A DNA stretch of 64,000 nt from an uncultured Holophagae bacterium (GTDB taxonomy: Bacteria > Acidobacteriota > Thermoanaerobaculia > Thermoanaerobaculales > Sulfomarinibacteraceae), in NCBI GenBank assembly GCA_963797055.1, contig CAWCOD010000016.1, positions 27,736-91,735 of the forward strand. Reading direction: 5' to 3'. This document shows, one piece after another, positions 17,950 to 28,360 of this stretch. The notes beneath the pieces are model-generated. The model had not been told where the DNA came from. It worked only from the letters and a program-made list of their open reading frames with translations, and ran no database searches. Numbering within the stretch: the first letter of the stretch is position 1; each line of letters opens with the position of its first letter. The position numbers and the translations under genes are program-made.

Positions 17950-19104
17950 TCACGGCGACGCGAGGGGGCCGTCATTCCCGAGGGCGGCGAGGGCCGCGAG
18001 GTCCTCTTCGCTGAACTGCGAGGAAAAGCGCAGGTAGCTCGTGGGCCGGACCTCCCACGGCACGACCGCCACGTTGTGGTTCTTGAGCAGCACCACTGCC
18101 GCCTCACCGGCATCGGCCACCGGGCGGCCGCCGATGGCCGACGGTGTCCGGCACACGATGTACATGCCCGAGGCGGGCGGGAACGGCTCAAATCCCAGCT
18201 CCGACAACACCATCCGAAGCCGGTCGAGACGGTCGGCATAGATCGCTCGCATCTGGTCAAAACGGCTGCCGTCCTCCAGGCACGTCAACGCCACCTTCAT
18301 CTCCAGCGAACTCTGATCTGACCACGCGTACTCGGAGTACTCGCCCAACTCCGCGATGATCCCGCGCTCGCCCACAAGGAAAGAAACCGATAGCGGGCCC
18401 AGAGCAAAGAGCTTCGCCAGGGAGTGGAGCTCGACAAAACGAAAACGGTCCTTCAAGGAACGCGCGCCGGCCAACACCGACCACGGGGGTTGGTCAAACA
18501 CAAGGGGCCCGTAGGTCGCGTCGTTGAACACGATGGTTCCCGGGGCAAAACTGTCCACGAACTCGCTCAACACCTTGTCCGAGATGACCGCGCCCGTCGG
18601 GTTGTTGGGGTAGTTCAAGGCCACGAACGAAATCTCAGCCGCATCTTCCGCCGTGAGGCAATCGGCGGCGGGCTCGAACCCGCGTTTGGGATCGAGCGGT
18701 ACGGGATGCACCCGTGCGTGGATCTGATGGGCAACCCGGGCGAAGGCCGGGTAGGCCGGCTCGGCGATCGCCACGTCATCACCAGGGCGAATCAGCGTCG
18801 AGGCGAGAAAACTCATGGCGGTCCTGCCGCCCGGCACCGGAATGATGGCCGATGGCGGTGCCTCGACACCATAGACTCTGCGGAGCATCGTGGCTGCCGC
18901 ATCGCCAAATGCGTCCAGTTCGTCCCGGCTGCACGGTGTTCGAAGCCACCGGTCGTCGACATTCCGGAGCATATCCAGAAGCGCGGTCGGCGGCATTTCG
19001 CGGTGGGGACCCACCGCGAAGTCCAGGACAGGGCGACCGTGCCGCCGGACCCGCTCGCGGACCGCGGCGATAGGATAACGGGTGCTTTCGTTCCGCTCTG
19101 TCAC
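17950..19104 (-). CDS. Class I/II PLP-dependent aminotransferase
   Basis: 384 aa. NYPNNPTGAV motif and a HSLAKLF lysine motif. Start overlaps the upstream gene's stop by 4 nt. Confidence 0.7.
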   Translation of the reverse strand: MTERNESTRYPIAAVRERVRRHGRPVLDFAVGPHREMPPTALLDMLRNVDDRWLRTPCSRDELDAFGDAAATMLRRVYGVEAPPSAIIPVPGGRTAMSFLASTLIRPGDDVAIAEPAYPAFARVAHQIHARVHPVPLDPKRGFEPAADCLTAEDAAEISFVALNYPNNPTGAVISDKVLSEFVDSFAPGTIVFNDATYGPLVFDQPPWSVLAGARSLKDRFRFVELHSLAKLFALGPLSVSFLVGERGIIAELGEYSEYAWSDQSSLEMKVALTCLEDGSRFDQMRAIYADRLDRLRMVLSELGFEPFPPASGMYIVCRTPSAIGGRPVADAGEAAVVLLKNHNVAVVPWEVRPTSYLRFSSQFSEEDLAALAALGNDGPLASP

Positions 19105-20186
19105 GGCGTCGATCCTCCCACGCCAGGCGAGTCAGCGACCGATCCCGCTGATTGACCCGTGGGCTCACCACCGTGGTCGGCCCTGCCGTCCGCCGCCGCG
19201 CGTTGTTTCCGTGCCTGTCGTCCCACATAGGCCAGGGCGAGCCAACCCATGGGGAGGAGAATCCAGAAGGTGACGATGCGAAACGCCGCAACCCCCACCG
19301 CCAGATGTTCCTGCGGGACGCCCCGGAGACCCATGGACGCGCCGAGAAGGGCCTCGGTGGCCCCGATCCCACCGGGCACCCCGCTGCCCAGGCCGAGCAC
19401 GGCCGACCCCGGCGCCAGGAACAGCGAGTCCCACAGGCCCACGTCGCCCGGTAAATTGGAGGCGAGCATGAAGAAGGCGAGGCCGTGGGCGATCCATCCC
19501 GTGGACTGGAGCACGACGATGGCAAAGGTCGTCCAGCTCAGCCAAAAGCCCCGGGGTAGCTCCAACTTCGTGTCGGAAAGGAGCTTGAGGATGAGGTTGC
19601 CGAGAAACAGGCAGACAGCGACCACCGCGGCGCCGGCCGCGAGAGACAGGACGCCGTGGACCCGGTAGGCCACCAGCGCCGCGAACAACGCCAGGACCGA
19701 GATGGAGTCGAGGACGAAGACCACCGCTTCGGCTTTGAGACATTCCCCGAGAACCCCACGACCAAGACGAACCATCTCGTCCGGACGGATCAATCGGCCG
19801 AGCTGGGCCGGCAGCAGCAACCCCGCCTTGCCCGAGAGCCCGACGGCGGCGCCGGTTCGATCGAAGGCCTGGATCCCGAACCGCTGGTAGACCCACATCC
19901 AGGCGATGATCTCCACCGTCACGTCCATCAGCGCGAATACCAGCACCATGGGCAGAATACGGTAGTGCTCGCTCCAGTAGGCCTTCACCGCGGCGGCGTC
20001 ACCGTTGACGAACTCGCGGACGCCGTGGATGGACACCACAATCAGGATGCCGAAACCGACCCACCTGGCCCAACGTTGCCACTTCGAAACTGGTGCCGGC
20101 TTTCCGACGTTCGCAACACCCTCGGTCTGATCGTCGAGGGCTGGCGTGTCACTGGGGTCGACGGCGGGGGGCTTTGGTTCCGTCAC
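19101..20186 (-). CDS. Lysylphosphatidylglycerol-synthase-TM-like (flippase-like, UPF0104) membrane protein
   Basis: 361 aa, polytopic. GSGVPGGIGATEALL motif is typical of the LPG_synthase_TM family (from memory). Confidence 0.55.
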   Translation of the reverse strand: MTEPKPPAVDPSDTPALDDQTEGVANVGKPAPVSKWQRWARWVGFGILIVVSIHGVREFVNGDAAAVKAYWSEHYRILPMVLVFALMDVTVEIIAWMWVYQRFGIQAFDRTGAAVGLSGKAGLLLPAQLGRLIRPDEMVRLGRGVLGECLKAEAVVFVLDSISVLALFAALVAYRVHGVLSLAAGAAVVAVCLFLGNLILKLLSDTKLELPRGFWLSWTTFAIVVLQSTGWIAHGLAFFMLASNLPGDVGLWDSLFLAPGSAVLGLGSGVPGGIGATEALLGASMGLRGVPQEHLAVGVAAFRIVTFWILLPMGWLALAYVGRQARKQRAAADGRADHGGEPTGQSAGSVADSPGVGGSTP

Positions 20187-20247
20187 AGCTCACGGATCTT
20201 ACGGGTCGAGGCCGTCGAGAGTCAAACCGTCAGCCAGCCACACGGCC

Positions 20248-20346
20248 GATGCTGGATGCTGGATGCTGGATCTTGCTGGATGCTGGATGCTGGATGCTGG
20301 ATGCTGGATGCTGGATGCTGGATGCTGGATGCTGGATGCTGGATGC
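20248..20346. repeat. Heptanucleotide microsatellite (GATGCTG) x13 with one 10-nt variant unit
   Basis: Perfect GATGCTG units at 20248-20268 and 20279-20341, interrupted by gatcttgctg at 20269-20278. Confidence 0.9.
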
Positions 20347-20384
20347 ACCGAGATGGTGATGTGACCGACAAATGTCAACCCCTG

Positions 20385-20722
20385 CGGGTGGGGGACCTTA
20401 AATCTGGTACCCGGCTGGGTTGGGGCTGCTCCCTGTCCCCTGCTCCCTGCTCCCTGCTCCCTGTTCCTTGTTCCTTGTTCCTTGCTCCCTGCTCCCTGCT
20501 CCGTGCTCCTGGTAGGGCGGGCGGCGGTTCTTCGATCTTCGTTCTTTTTTTTCGACCGGCAACGGCAACGGTAACGGGCTCGGGCTCGGGCTCGGGCTCG
20601 GGGGAAGGCAGCGGATCTGGTATCCGGCATCCGGGTGGGCGGGGGATCCGGCTCCGCCTGCGGCTACGCCGTGACACGTCTCGCATCTTGCATCTTGAAT
20701 CTTGAATCGGGCGGGCGGGGGG
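20385..20722. repeat. Contiguous mosaic of GB-STR modules
   Basis: G-boxes at 20385-20395, 20413-20425, 20511-20527, 20631-20645 and 20709-20722. CTGCTCC/TTGTTCC array 20426-20509. TTCTTCGATCTTCG array 20528-20554. (GGCAAC)(GGGCTC)n 20555-20604. GCATCTTG/GAATCTTG array 20683-20708. Confidence 0.9.
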
Positions 20723-20745
20723 CCCGGCTGTGCGAAAATGTCCGA

Positions 20746-22731
<1,986 letters not shown>

Positions 22732-22842
22732 CGAAATATCGTCCCGCCAACACCTCTCGGAACCCGCTCACCACACGGATCGAATACCGACATCTCCCTT
22801 GATCGGCGGGAGATACGGATCAACGAGTCCTGGACGCGAAGG

Positions 22843-22858
22843 TGGTACGAGTTGTGCA
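22843..22858 (+). promoter_or_regulatory. Candidate sigma-54 (-24/-12) promoter
   Basis: TGGTACGAGTTGTGCA versus consensus TGGCACG-N4-TTGCW. Invariant GG-N10-GC spacing is kept with two mismatches. About 100 nt upstream of the DUF2092 ATG and directly downstream of the sigma-54 activator gene. Confidence 0.45.
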
Positions 22859-22956
22859 GTTTGTTCGCCGGGTTGAACTGTTCTCTGAACGAGGCCGAAC
22901 ACTGATCCCGACCGTGGCCGGGAGGCCCGGGCCGACACGACACACATAAGGAGGAA

Positions 22957-23763
22957 ATGATGATCAGGTCACATTCGCGATGTGCGCGAGGAATACCGTG
23001 GGTCAAGATCGCCATGGGCTTGGGGGCCCTCGCGGCAGTGACCGCCATCCTGCCGGCCCCAGCGTTCGGGCAGTTGGGGGGAGCGATCGACCACGACGCG
23101 CTGCAGATTCTCAAACGGATGACCGATTACCTCGGTGAGCAGCAGCGATTCGCCATGCATACCGAGAACAGCTACGAGGACGTGTTCGAGAACGGGCAGA
23201 AGCTCCAGTTTCATTTCTCATCCGACGTCGTGGTCCAACGACCGAACAAGCTCCGCGCGGAGCAGTCCGATGGGATACACCGTCAAATCTTCCTCTACGA
23301 CGGCGAGACGCTCTCCGTTCACGACGGCCAGCAGGATTTCTATGCCGCCGTTGCCGCTCCGGACGACATAGACGGCCTTTTACACTTCGCTCGTGATGCG
23401 CTCGATCTGGTGCCTCCCACGGGCGACATGGTCTTTTCCAACGCCTTCGAGTTGCTGACGGCCGGCATCACGTCGGGTGTCGTGGTCGGCAAGACGGTCA
23501 TCGATGGCGTCAGCTGCGATCACCTCGCCTTCACCACTCCGGTGGTGGACTGGCAGGTCTGGGTCGCGGACGGAGACCAGCCGCTCCCCTACAAGTACGT
23601 CTTGACCACACGGGACGACCCCGCACAACCCCAGTTCATCACGATGATCACCAATTGGAATACCGCACCGGAGATCGAGGACGGGTTGTTCACATTTGAA
23701 CCACCGGCCACCGCGATGGAGATTGACTTCGTCCGCCTTGATGCCGGCACGACGGCTCCCTGA
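22957..23763 (+). CDS. DUF2092-like periplasmic (LolA-fold-like) protein
   Basis: AAGGAGG RBS and a signal peptide. ALQILKRMTDYLGEQQRF...GQKLQFHFSSDVVVQRPNKLRAE...LYDGETLSV matches my recollection of DUF2092. Confidence 0.65.
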   Translation: MMIRSHSRCARGIPWVKIAMGLGALAAVTAILPAPAFGQLGGAIDHDALQILKRMTDYLGEQQRFAMHTENSYEDVFENGQKLQFHFSSDVVVQRPNKLRAEQSDGIHRQIFLYDGETLSVHDGQQDFYAAVAAPDDIDGLLHFARDALDLVPPTGDMVFSNAFELLTAGITSGVVVGKTVIDGVSCDHLAFTTPVVDWQVWVADGDQPLPYKYVLTTRDDPAQPQFITMITNWNTAPEIEDGLFTFEPPATAMEIDFVRLDAGTTAP

Positions 23764-23782
23764 CCGGGAACGGAGGCACATC

Positions 23783-24175
23783 ATGAAACATCTCATCGGG
23801 ATTCTCGGGGCCGCAACAGTGTTCGCCCTGCTCGTTTTCTTCGACGTACTCTCGCTCGGTCTGGTGCCTGAGGCTGAGGCCATCGCAGGCGTCCGACGCC
23901 GGACAGCGCGCCGGACCGCCGTCGTGGTTGGCAGCACCTCTGCGGCGGCCGCCGCCTCCGCATCCGCCGCCTCTCAACAGCAGGCTGCTCCGGCGCCAGC
24001 ACCAGCACCAGCGCCAGCGCCCGCCGCCGCCCCGGCGCCCGCACCGACCGCGATGGTTGCCTCACTGCCGGAGGGTTGCGTCTCCGACGGCGCGGTCTTC
24101 CAGTGCGGCAACGTCTACTACAAGCCCTACATGTCCGGCAATCAGATCGTGTATGGCGTGGTGCCTGGGCCGTAG
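23783..24175 (+). CDS. Small secreted protein with Ala/Pro-rich linker and Cys-containing C-terminal domain (hypothetical)
   Basis: GGAGG RBS and ATG at 23783. Signal/TM, (AP)n linker, C-terminal CVSDGAVFQCGNVYYKPYMSGNQIVYGVV. Confidence 0.55.
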   Translation: MKHLIGILGAATVFALLVFFDVLSLGLVPEAEAIAGVRRRTARRTAVVVGSTSAAAAASASAASQQQAAPAPAPAPAPAPAAAPAPAPTAMVASLPEGCVSDGAVFQCGNVYYKPYMSGNQIVYGVVPGP

Positions 24176-24204
24176 CGACCGGTGTCAGGGATTCTGGGGC
24201 GACC

Positions 24205-24762
24205 ATGAGCGTTCGCGACAAGGTGGTCGCAGAGGTCAAGGAGCTGGCGCTGGCCGGCCTCTACTTCTTCGTATGGATCGGCATGCTGGTGGCGATCAAG
24301 AAGCTCATCCTCGCCGAGTACCAGATCGAGTTCGCGGGGCTGTCGGCCGCACTCATCGGCGCGCTCGTGCTCGCCAAGGTGGTTCTGATCCTCGAGAATG
24401 TCCCGCTCTCGGCCCTGACCCGGGACCGGCCGGCCTGGGTGGAGGTCGTCACGCGTACGGCGCTGTACGGCGCCGGCGTTGTGGTTGTGCTGCTCTTGGA
24501 GAAGGGCTTCGAGGGCCGCCACGAGTACGGGGGCTTCTGGCAGTCGCTGAAGTCACTGTTCCACCACGCGGACATCGAACACGTGTGGGCCAACGCGATC
24601 TGCATCTCCGGAGCCCTGCTCGGTTACAACGCGCTGTCGGTCATCCGCAGACATCTCGGAGAGGGCGGTTTGATCGCGATGTTTCGCGAGCCGCTTCCGG
24701 AGGAATCGAATCCGGAGCAGAACAATGAAAACGTCGAGCAGTCGACCAACGGCACGGTATAA
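24205..24762 (+). CDS. Integral membrane protein (hypothetical)
   Basis: 185 aa with about 4 hydrophobic helices. 29 nt after the upstream stop, on the same strand. Confidence 0.5.
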   Translation: MSVRDKVVAEVKELALAGLYFFVWIGMLVAIKKLILAEYQIEFAGLSAALIGALVLAKVVLILENVPLSALTRDRPAWVEVVTRTALYGAGVVVVLLLEKGFEGRHEYGGFWQSLKSLFHHADIEHVWANAICISGALLGYNALSVIRRHLGEGGLIAMFREPLPEESNPEQNNENVEQSTNGTV

Positions 24763-24863
24763 CGCATTCTGCGATCGAGATCTCGGCCACTCGAATGGAC
24801 TGTTTCGAGGTCTCCCGAGCAGCTGCTTCGACACCCGGACCTGACGGAAAGGAGATCTGCGAC

Positions 24864-25220
24864 ATGCTGACCCTCAGGCTCCACATGGAGTTTGCACAAA
24901 AAGCGTGTGGTGAAGCGGCCGCGGTGTTGCGATCGCTGGTCGGGCCGGTTCGTGCCGAGCCCGGCTGCCGGTCGACGCGCTTCTCGGTTGGACCGGCCGA
25001 CCGGTGCGAGCTCACGTGGGTGGAGGAGTGGAGCAACACCGAGGATTTCGAGCGCCACCTTCGGACGCAGGCTTTCCGACAGATTCTGGCGGTCATCGAC
25101 CTCGCCGCCGCGCCGCCGGTGGTCGAGATCGACGATGTCTCTTCTCGACGCGGCTTCGACCTCGTCGAGGAGATCCTCGGAATCAACGCGGTGGAGCAGA
25201 CGGAACTTGGGACCAGATGA
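24864..25220 (+). CDS. Antibiotic-biosynthesis-monooxygenase (ABM)-like small protein
   Basis: AAAGGAG RBS. ...GCRSTRFSVGPADRCELTWVEEWSNTEDFERHLRTQAFRQIL resembles the ABM ferredoxin-like fold signature. Confidence 0.5.
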   Translation: MLTLRLHMEFAQKACGEAAAVLRSLVGPVRAEPGCRSTRFSVGPADRCELTWVEEWSNTEDFERHLRTQAFRQILAVIDLAAAPPVVEIDDVSSRRGFDLVEEILGINAVEQTELGTR

Positions 25221-25260
25221 GGAGACCACGATCATGGTGACGGAAAGAGGGAGATCAGAC

Positions 25261-25683
25261 ATGAGAGCATCGGGGCCTTTGGGCCATCCGGTATTGGCCG
25301 GAATTTTGACGGTGGCGTTTGCCCTTTCGGCCCAACTGGTGGATGCCGACGACCTCGCCGGATCCGATCGATTCCTTTGCGCTGCGGTCCAGGCGGCGGT
25401 GTGCTCCATCGAAGGCGATTGTGCCACCGACATTCCGTGGAATCTCAACATCCCGAAGTTCGTCGAGGTCGACCTCGATGCCAGGCGTCTCAACACCACG
25501 GCCGCGAGCGGGGAAAACCGGACGACGCCCATCGAGCACCTGAGCCGCGCCGACGGGACCATCGCGTTTCACGGCTTCGAGATGGGCCGGGCCTTCAGCT
25601 GGGTCATCGCGGAGCAGATCGAGAATTTCAAGAAGGCCTTCAGCGTCTGCCTCGAGGCCAAGAAATACATGGTCAAGTATTAA
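25261..25683 (+). CDS. Secreted hypothetical protein
   Basis: AGAGGGAG RBS. Signal peptide ...ILTVAFALSAQ. 140 aa with no recognised motif. Confidence 0.45.
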   Translation: MRASGPLGHPVLAGILTVAFALSAQLVDADDLAGSDRFLCAAVQAAVCSIEGDCATDIPWNLNIPKFVEVDLDARRLNTTAASGENRTTPIEHLSRADGTIAFHGFEMGRAFSWVIAEQIENFKKAFSVCLEAKKYMVKY

Positions 25684-25751
25684 AGATAACGAGTCGAGAC
25701 TTTGGGAATCACAGACTTCATCGAAATACCGTTTGTCCAAGGAGGAGATAC

Positions 25752-28259
25752 ATGAAGATCATCATAACCCTCACGGCGGTTGCGCTCGTGCTCGGGCTTG
25801 CCTTCGTCCCATCGATCTCGGCCCAAGAGATTACGGGCACGCCCGGTTCTCCCAGCGCCACCACCAACATCGACGGCAAACAGCTACCGCCGCCGCCCGA
25901 CACGACGTTTGGCGGCACGATCGAACGCAATGCCATCGATTCAGCACCCTACTGGCCACCCCGGGTCGCGCCACCGAAGGGCGCGCCGAACGTTCTTCTG
26001 ATCATGACCGATGACGCGGGCTACGGCGTGTCGGGCACCTTCGGGGGCGTCATCCCTACGCCGGCCATGGACCGCATCGCTGACATGGGTCTTCGCTATA
26101 CCCACTTCCACTCGACGGCCGTGTGTTCGCCGACCCGGGCGGCGCTCATCACCGGGCGAAACCACCACCAGATGGGAACGGGTTCGATACCGGAACTGTC
26201 GACCGGCTACCCCGGCTACAACGCCCTCATGACCAAGGACAAAGCCACCGTTGCCAGAATCCTCAAGGGCCACGGCTACGTGACGTCCTGGTTCGGCAAG
26301 AATCACAACACGCCGGATCTCCAGGTCAGCAAGATCGGGCCGTACGATCAGTGGCCACTCGGACTCGGTTTCGACTACTTTTACGGGTTCATGGGAGGGG
26401 ATACCAGTCAGTGGCAGCCGGGCAACCTGGTCCGCAACACCACCTATATCTACCCATTTGATGACGAACCCGGATGGAACCTGGTCACGGCAATGGCGGA
26501 TGATGCGATTCAATACATGAATACCGTTGACGCTCTGAATCCGGATCAGCCCTTCTTCATCTACTATGCGCCCGGCGCCACCCATGCGCCCCATCACCCG
26601 ACCCCGGAGTGGATCGAAAAGATCAGCGACATGCACCTTTTCGACGAGGGCTGGCACACGCTGCGTGAAACCATCTTCGCCAACCAGAAGAAGCTCGGGG
26701 TCATACCACCGGATGCCAAGCTGACGCCCTGGCCCGAGGAACACATCAAGAGATGGGAGCAGCTCACCGACACCGAAAAGAAGCTGTTCATCAAACAGGT
26801 GGATGTCTTCGCCGCCTACGTGGCCTACACCGACTATGAGATCGGTCGCGTGATCCAGGCGGTGGAAGACCTGGGCAGGCTCGACAACACCCTGATCATC
26901 TACATCACCGGCGACAACGGCACCAGCGCGGAAGGCGGGCCGACCGGCACGCCGAACGAGGTCGCAGCGGTCCAGGGCGCGCATCTGCCGGTGGAGGCGC
27001 AGATGCAGTACTACGATGTGTGGGGCTCGGACAGAACCTACCCCCACATGTCGATCGGCTGGACCTGGGCCTTCGACACGCCCTTCAAGTGGACCAAGAT
27101 GGTGAGCTCGCACTTCGGCGGCACCAAACAGGGCATGGCGATTGCCTGGCCCAAGGTGATCAAGGACAAGGGTGGCATCCGCAACCAGTTCCATCATGTC
27201 ATCGACATCGCGCCGACGATTCTCGAGGCGACCGGGATTCCACTGCCCGAGGTGGTGGATGGCATCAAACAGATCCCAATGGATGGCGTCAGCATGGTCT
27301 ACACCTTCGACGAGAAGAACGCGGATGCGCCCTCGACGCACACGACCCAGTACTTCGAGATGATCGGCGACCACGCGATCTACCACGATGGATGGATGCT
27401 CAGCACCAAGGTCGTGCGTCTGCCCTGGGACAACAGCGGGACGGCCGACAAGCATCCTGACACCTGGCCGTGGGAGCTCTACGACCTCAGCAAGGACTGG
27501 ACGCAGTACGACGACGTGTCGGCTCAGTATCCCGACAAGGTCAAGGAGCTGGAGGAGCTGTTCTGGCAGGAAGCGGAGCGGAACCAGGTGCTGCCGATGG
27601 ATTCCACAACCTTCACCCGTTCGATCATGCCGCGGCCCAACCTCTCTGCCGGCCGCACCGTGTTCACCTATTCCGGGGAAGTGACGGGAACGCCCAACGG
27701 CAATGCGCCGAACGTCCTCGCCTCGTCGTACAACATCAAGGCCGAGGTCGAGATCCCCAAGGGCGGTGCGGAGGGCATGCTTGTGACCCATGGAGGCCGC
27801 TTCACCGGCTACGGGTTCTATGTGCTCGAGGGCAAGCCGGTCTACACCTGGAACCTCATGGGCCTCACGTCGATCAAGTGGGAAGGCCCGGATGTGCTGG
27901 CACCCGGCAAGCACACGCTCGAGTTCGACTTCAAGTACGACGGTCTTGGCGCCGAAACGCTGATGTACGGGAGCCCCAGCGGCCTGGGCCAGAGCGGAAC
28001 CGGAACCCTCAAGGTGGACGGTAATATCGTCGCAACGAACAAGATGGAGAAAACCGTCCCGATGCTCATGCAGTGGTGCGAAAGCTTCGACGTGGGGGCT
28101 GACACCGGCTCGCCGGTGGCCGACGAGGATTATCAGCCACCCTTCCGGTTTACCGGCAAACTCGACAAGCTGACCCTGACCATCGATCGGCCGGAGCTTT
28201 CGGAAGAGGACATCAAGACGCTCCAGGCCGCCATGCACAACAACCCGGCGAGCGACTAG
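25752..28259 (+). CDS. Arylsulfatase (Cys-type sulfatase family)
   Basis: AAGGAGG RBS and a signal peptide. NVLLIMTDDAGYG and the CSPTRAALITGRNHH formylglycine motif (C-x-P-x-R). 835 aa. Confidence 0.85.
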   Translation: MKIIITLTAVALVLGLAFVPSISAQEITGTPGSPSATTNIDGKQLPPPPDTTFGGTIERNAIDSAPYWPPRVAPPKGAPNVLLIMTDDAGYGVSGTFGGVIPTPAMDRIADMGLRYTHFHSTAVCSPTRAALITGRNHHQMGTGSIPELSTGYPGYNALMTKDKATVARILKGHGYVTSWFGKNHNTPDLQVSKIGPYDQWPLGLGFDYFYGFMGGDTSQWQPGNLVRNTTYIYPFDDEPGWNLVTAMADDAIQYMNTVDALNPDQPFFIYYAPGATHAPHHPTPEWIEKISDMHLFDEGWHTLRETIFANQKKLGVIPPDAKLTPWPEEHIKRWEQLTDTEKKLFIKQVDVFAAYVAYTDYEIGRVIQAVEDLGRLDNTLIIYITGDNGTSAEGGPTGTPNEVAAVQGAHLPVEAQMQYYDVWGSDRTYPHMSIGWTWAFDTPFKWTKMVSSHFGGTKQGMAIAWPKVIKDKGGIRNQFHHVIDIAPTILEATGIPLPEVVDGIKQIPMDGVSMVYTFDEKNADAPSTHTTQYFEMIGDHAIYHDGWMLSTKVVRLPWDNSGTADKHPDTWPWELYDLSKDWTQYDDVSAQYPDKVKELEELFWQEAERNQVLPMDSTTFTRSIMPRPNLSAGRTVFTYSGEVTGTPNGNAPNVLASSYNIKAEVEIPKGGAEGMLVTHGGRFTGYGFYVLEGKPVYTWNLMGLTSIKWEGPDVLAPGKHTLEFDFKYDGLGAETLMYGSPSGLGQSGTGTLKVDGNIVATNKMEKTVPMLMQWCESFDVGADTGSPVADEDYQPPFRFTGKLDKLTLTIDRPELSEEDIKTLQAAMHNNPASD

Positions 28260-28360
28260 CTCGATGAAACACTCGTGGCGATGTGCGCCGGGGGGTTTAT
28301 GAATTGGAGACTGGAACGACTGGCTGAACGACCAACCGAGTTGGCAACGGGAGGTGGGAG

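Noticed and set aside
22792-22814. Inverted repeat ATCTCCC-N9-GGGAGAT between the activator gene and the sigma-54 promoter, as an activator-binding UAS or terminator.
   Set aside because: Only 7 bp with no U-tract, and it lies about 30 nt from the -24 element, closer than typical enhancer sites. Not enough evidence either way.
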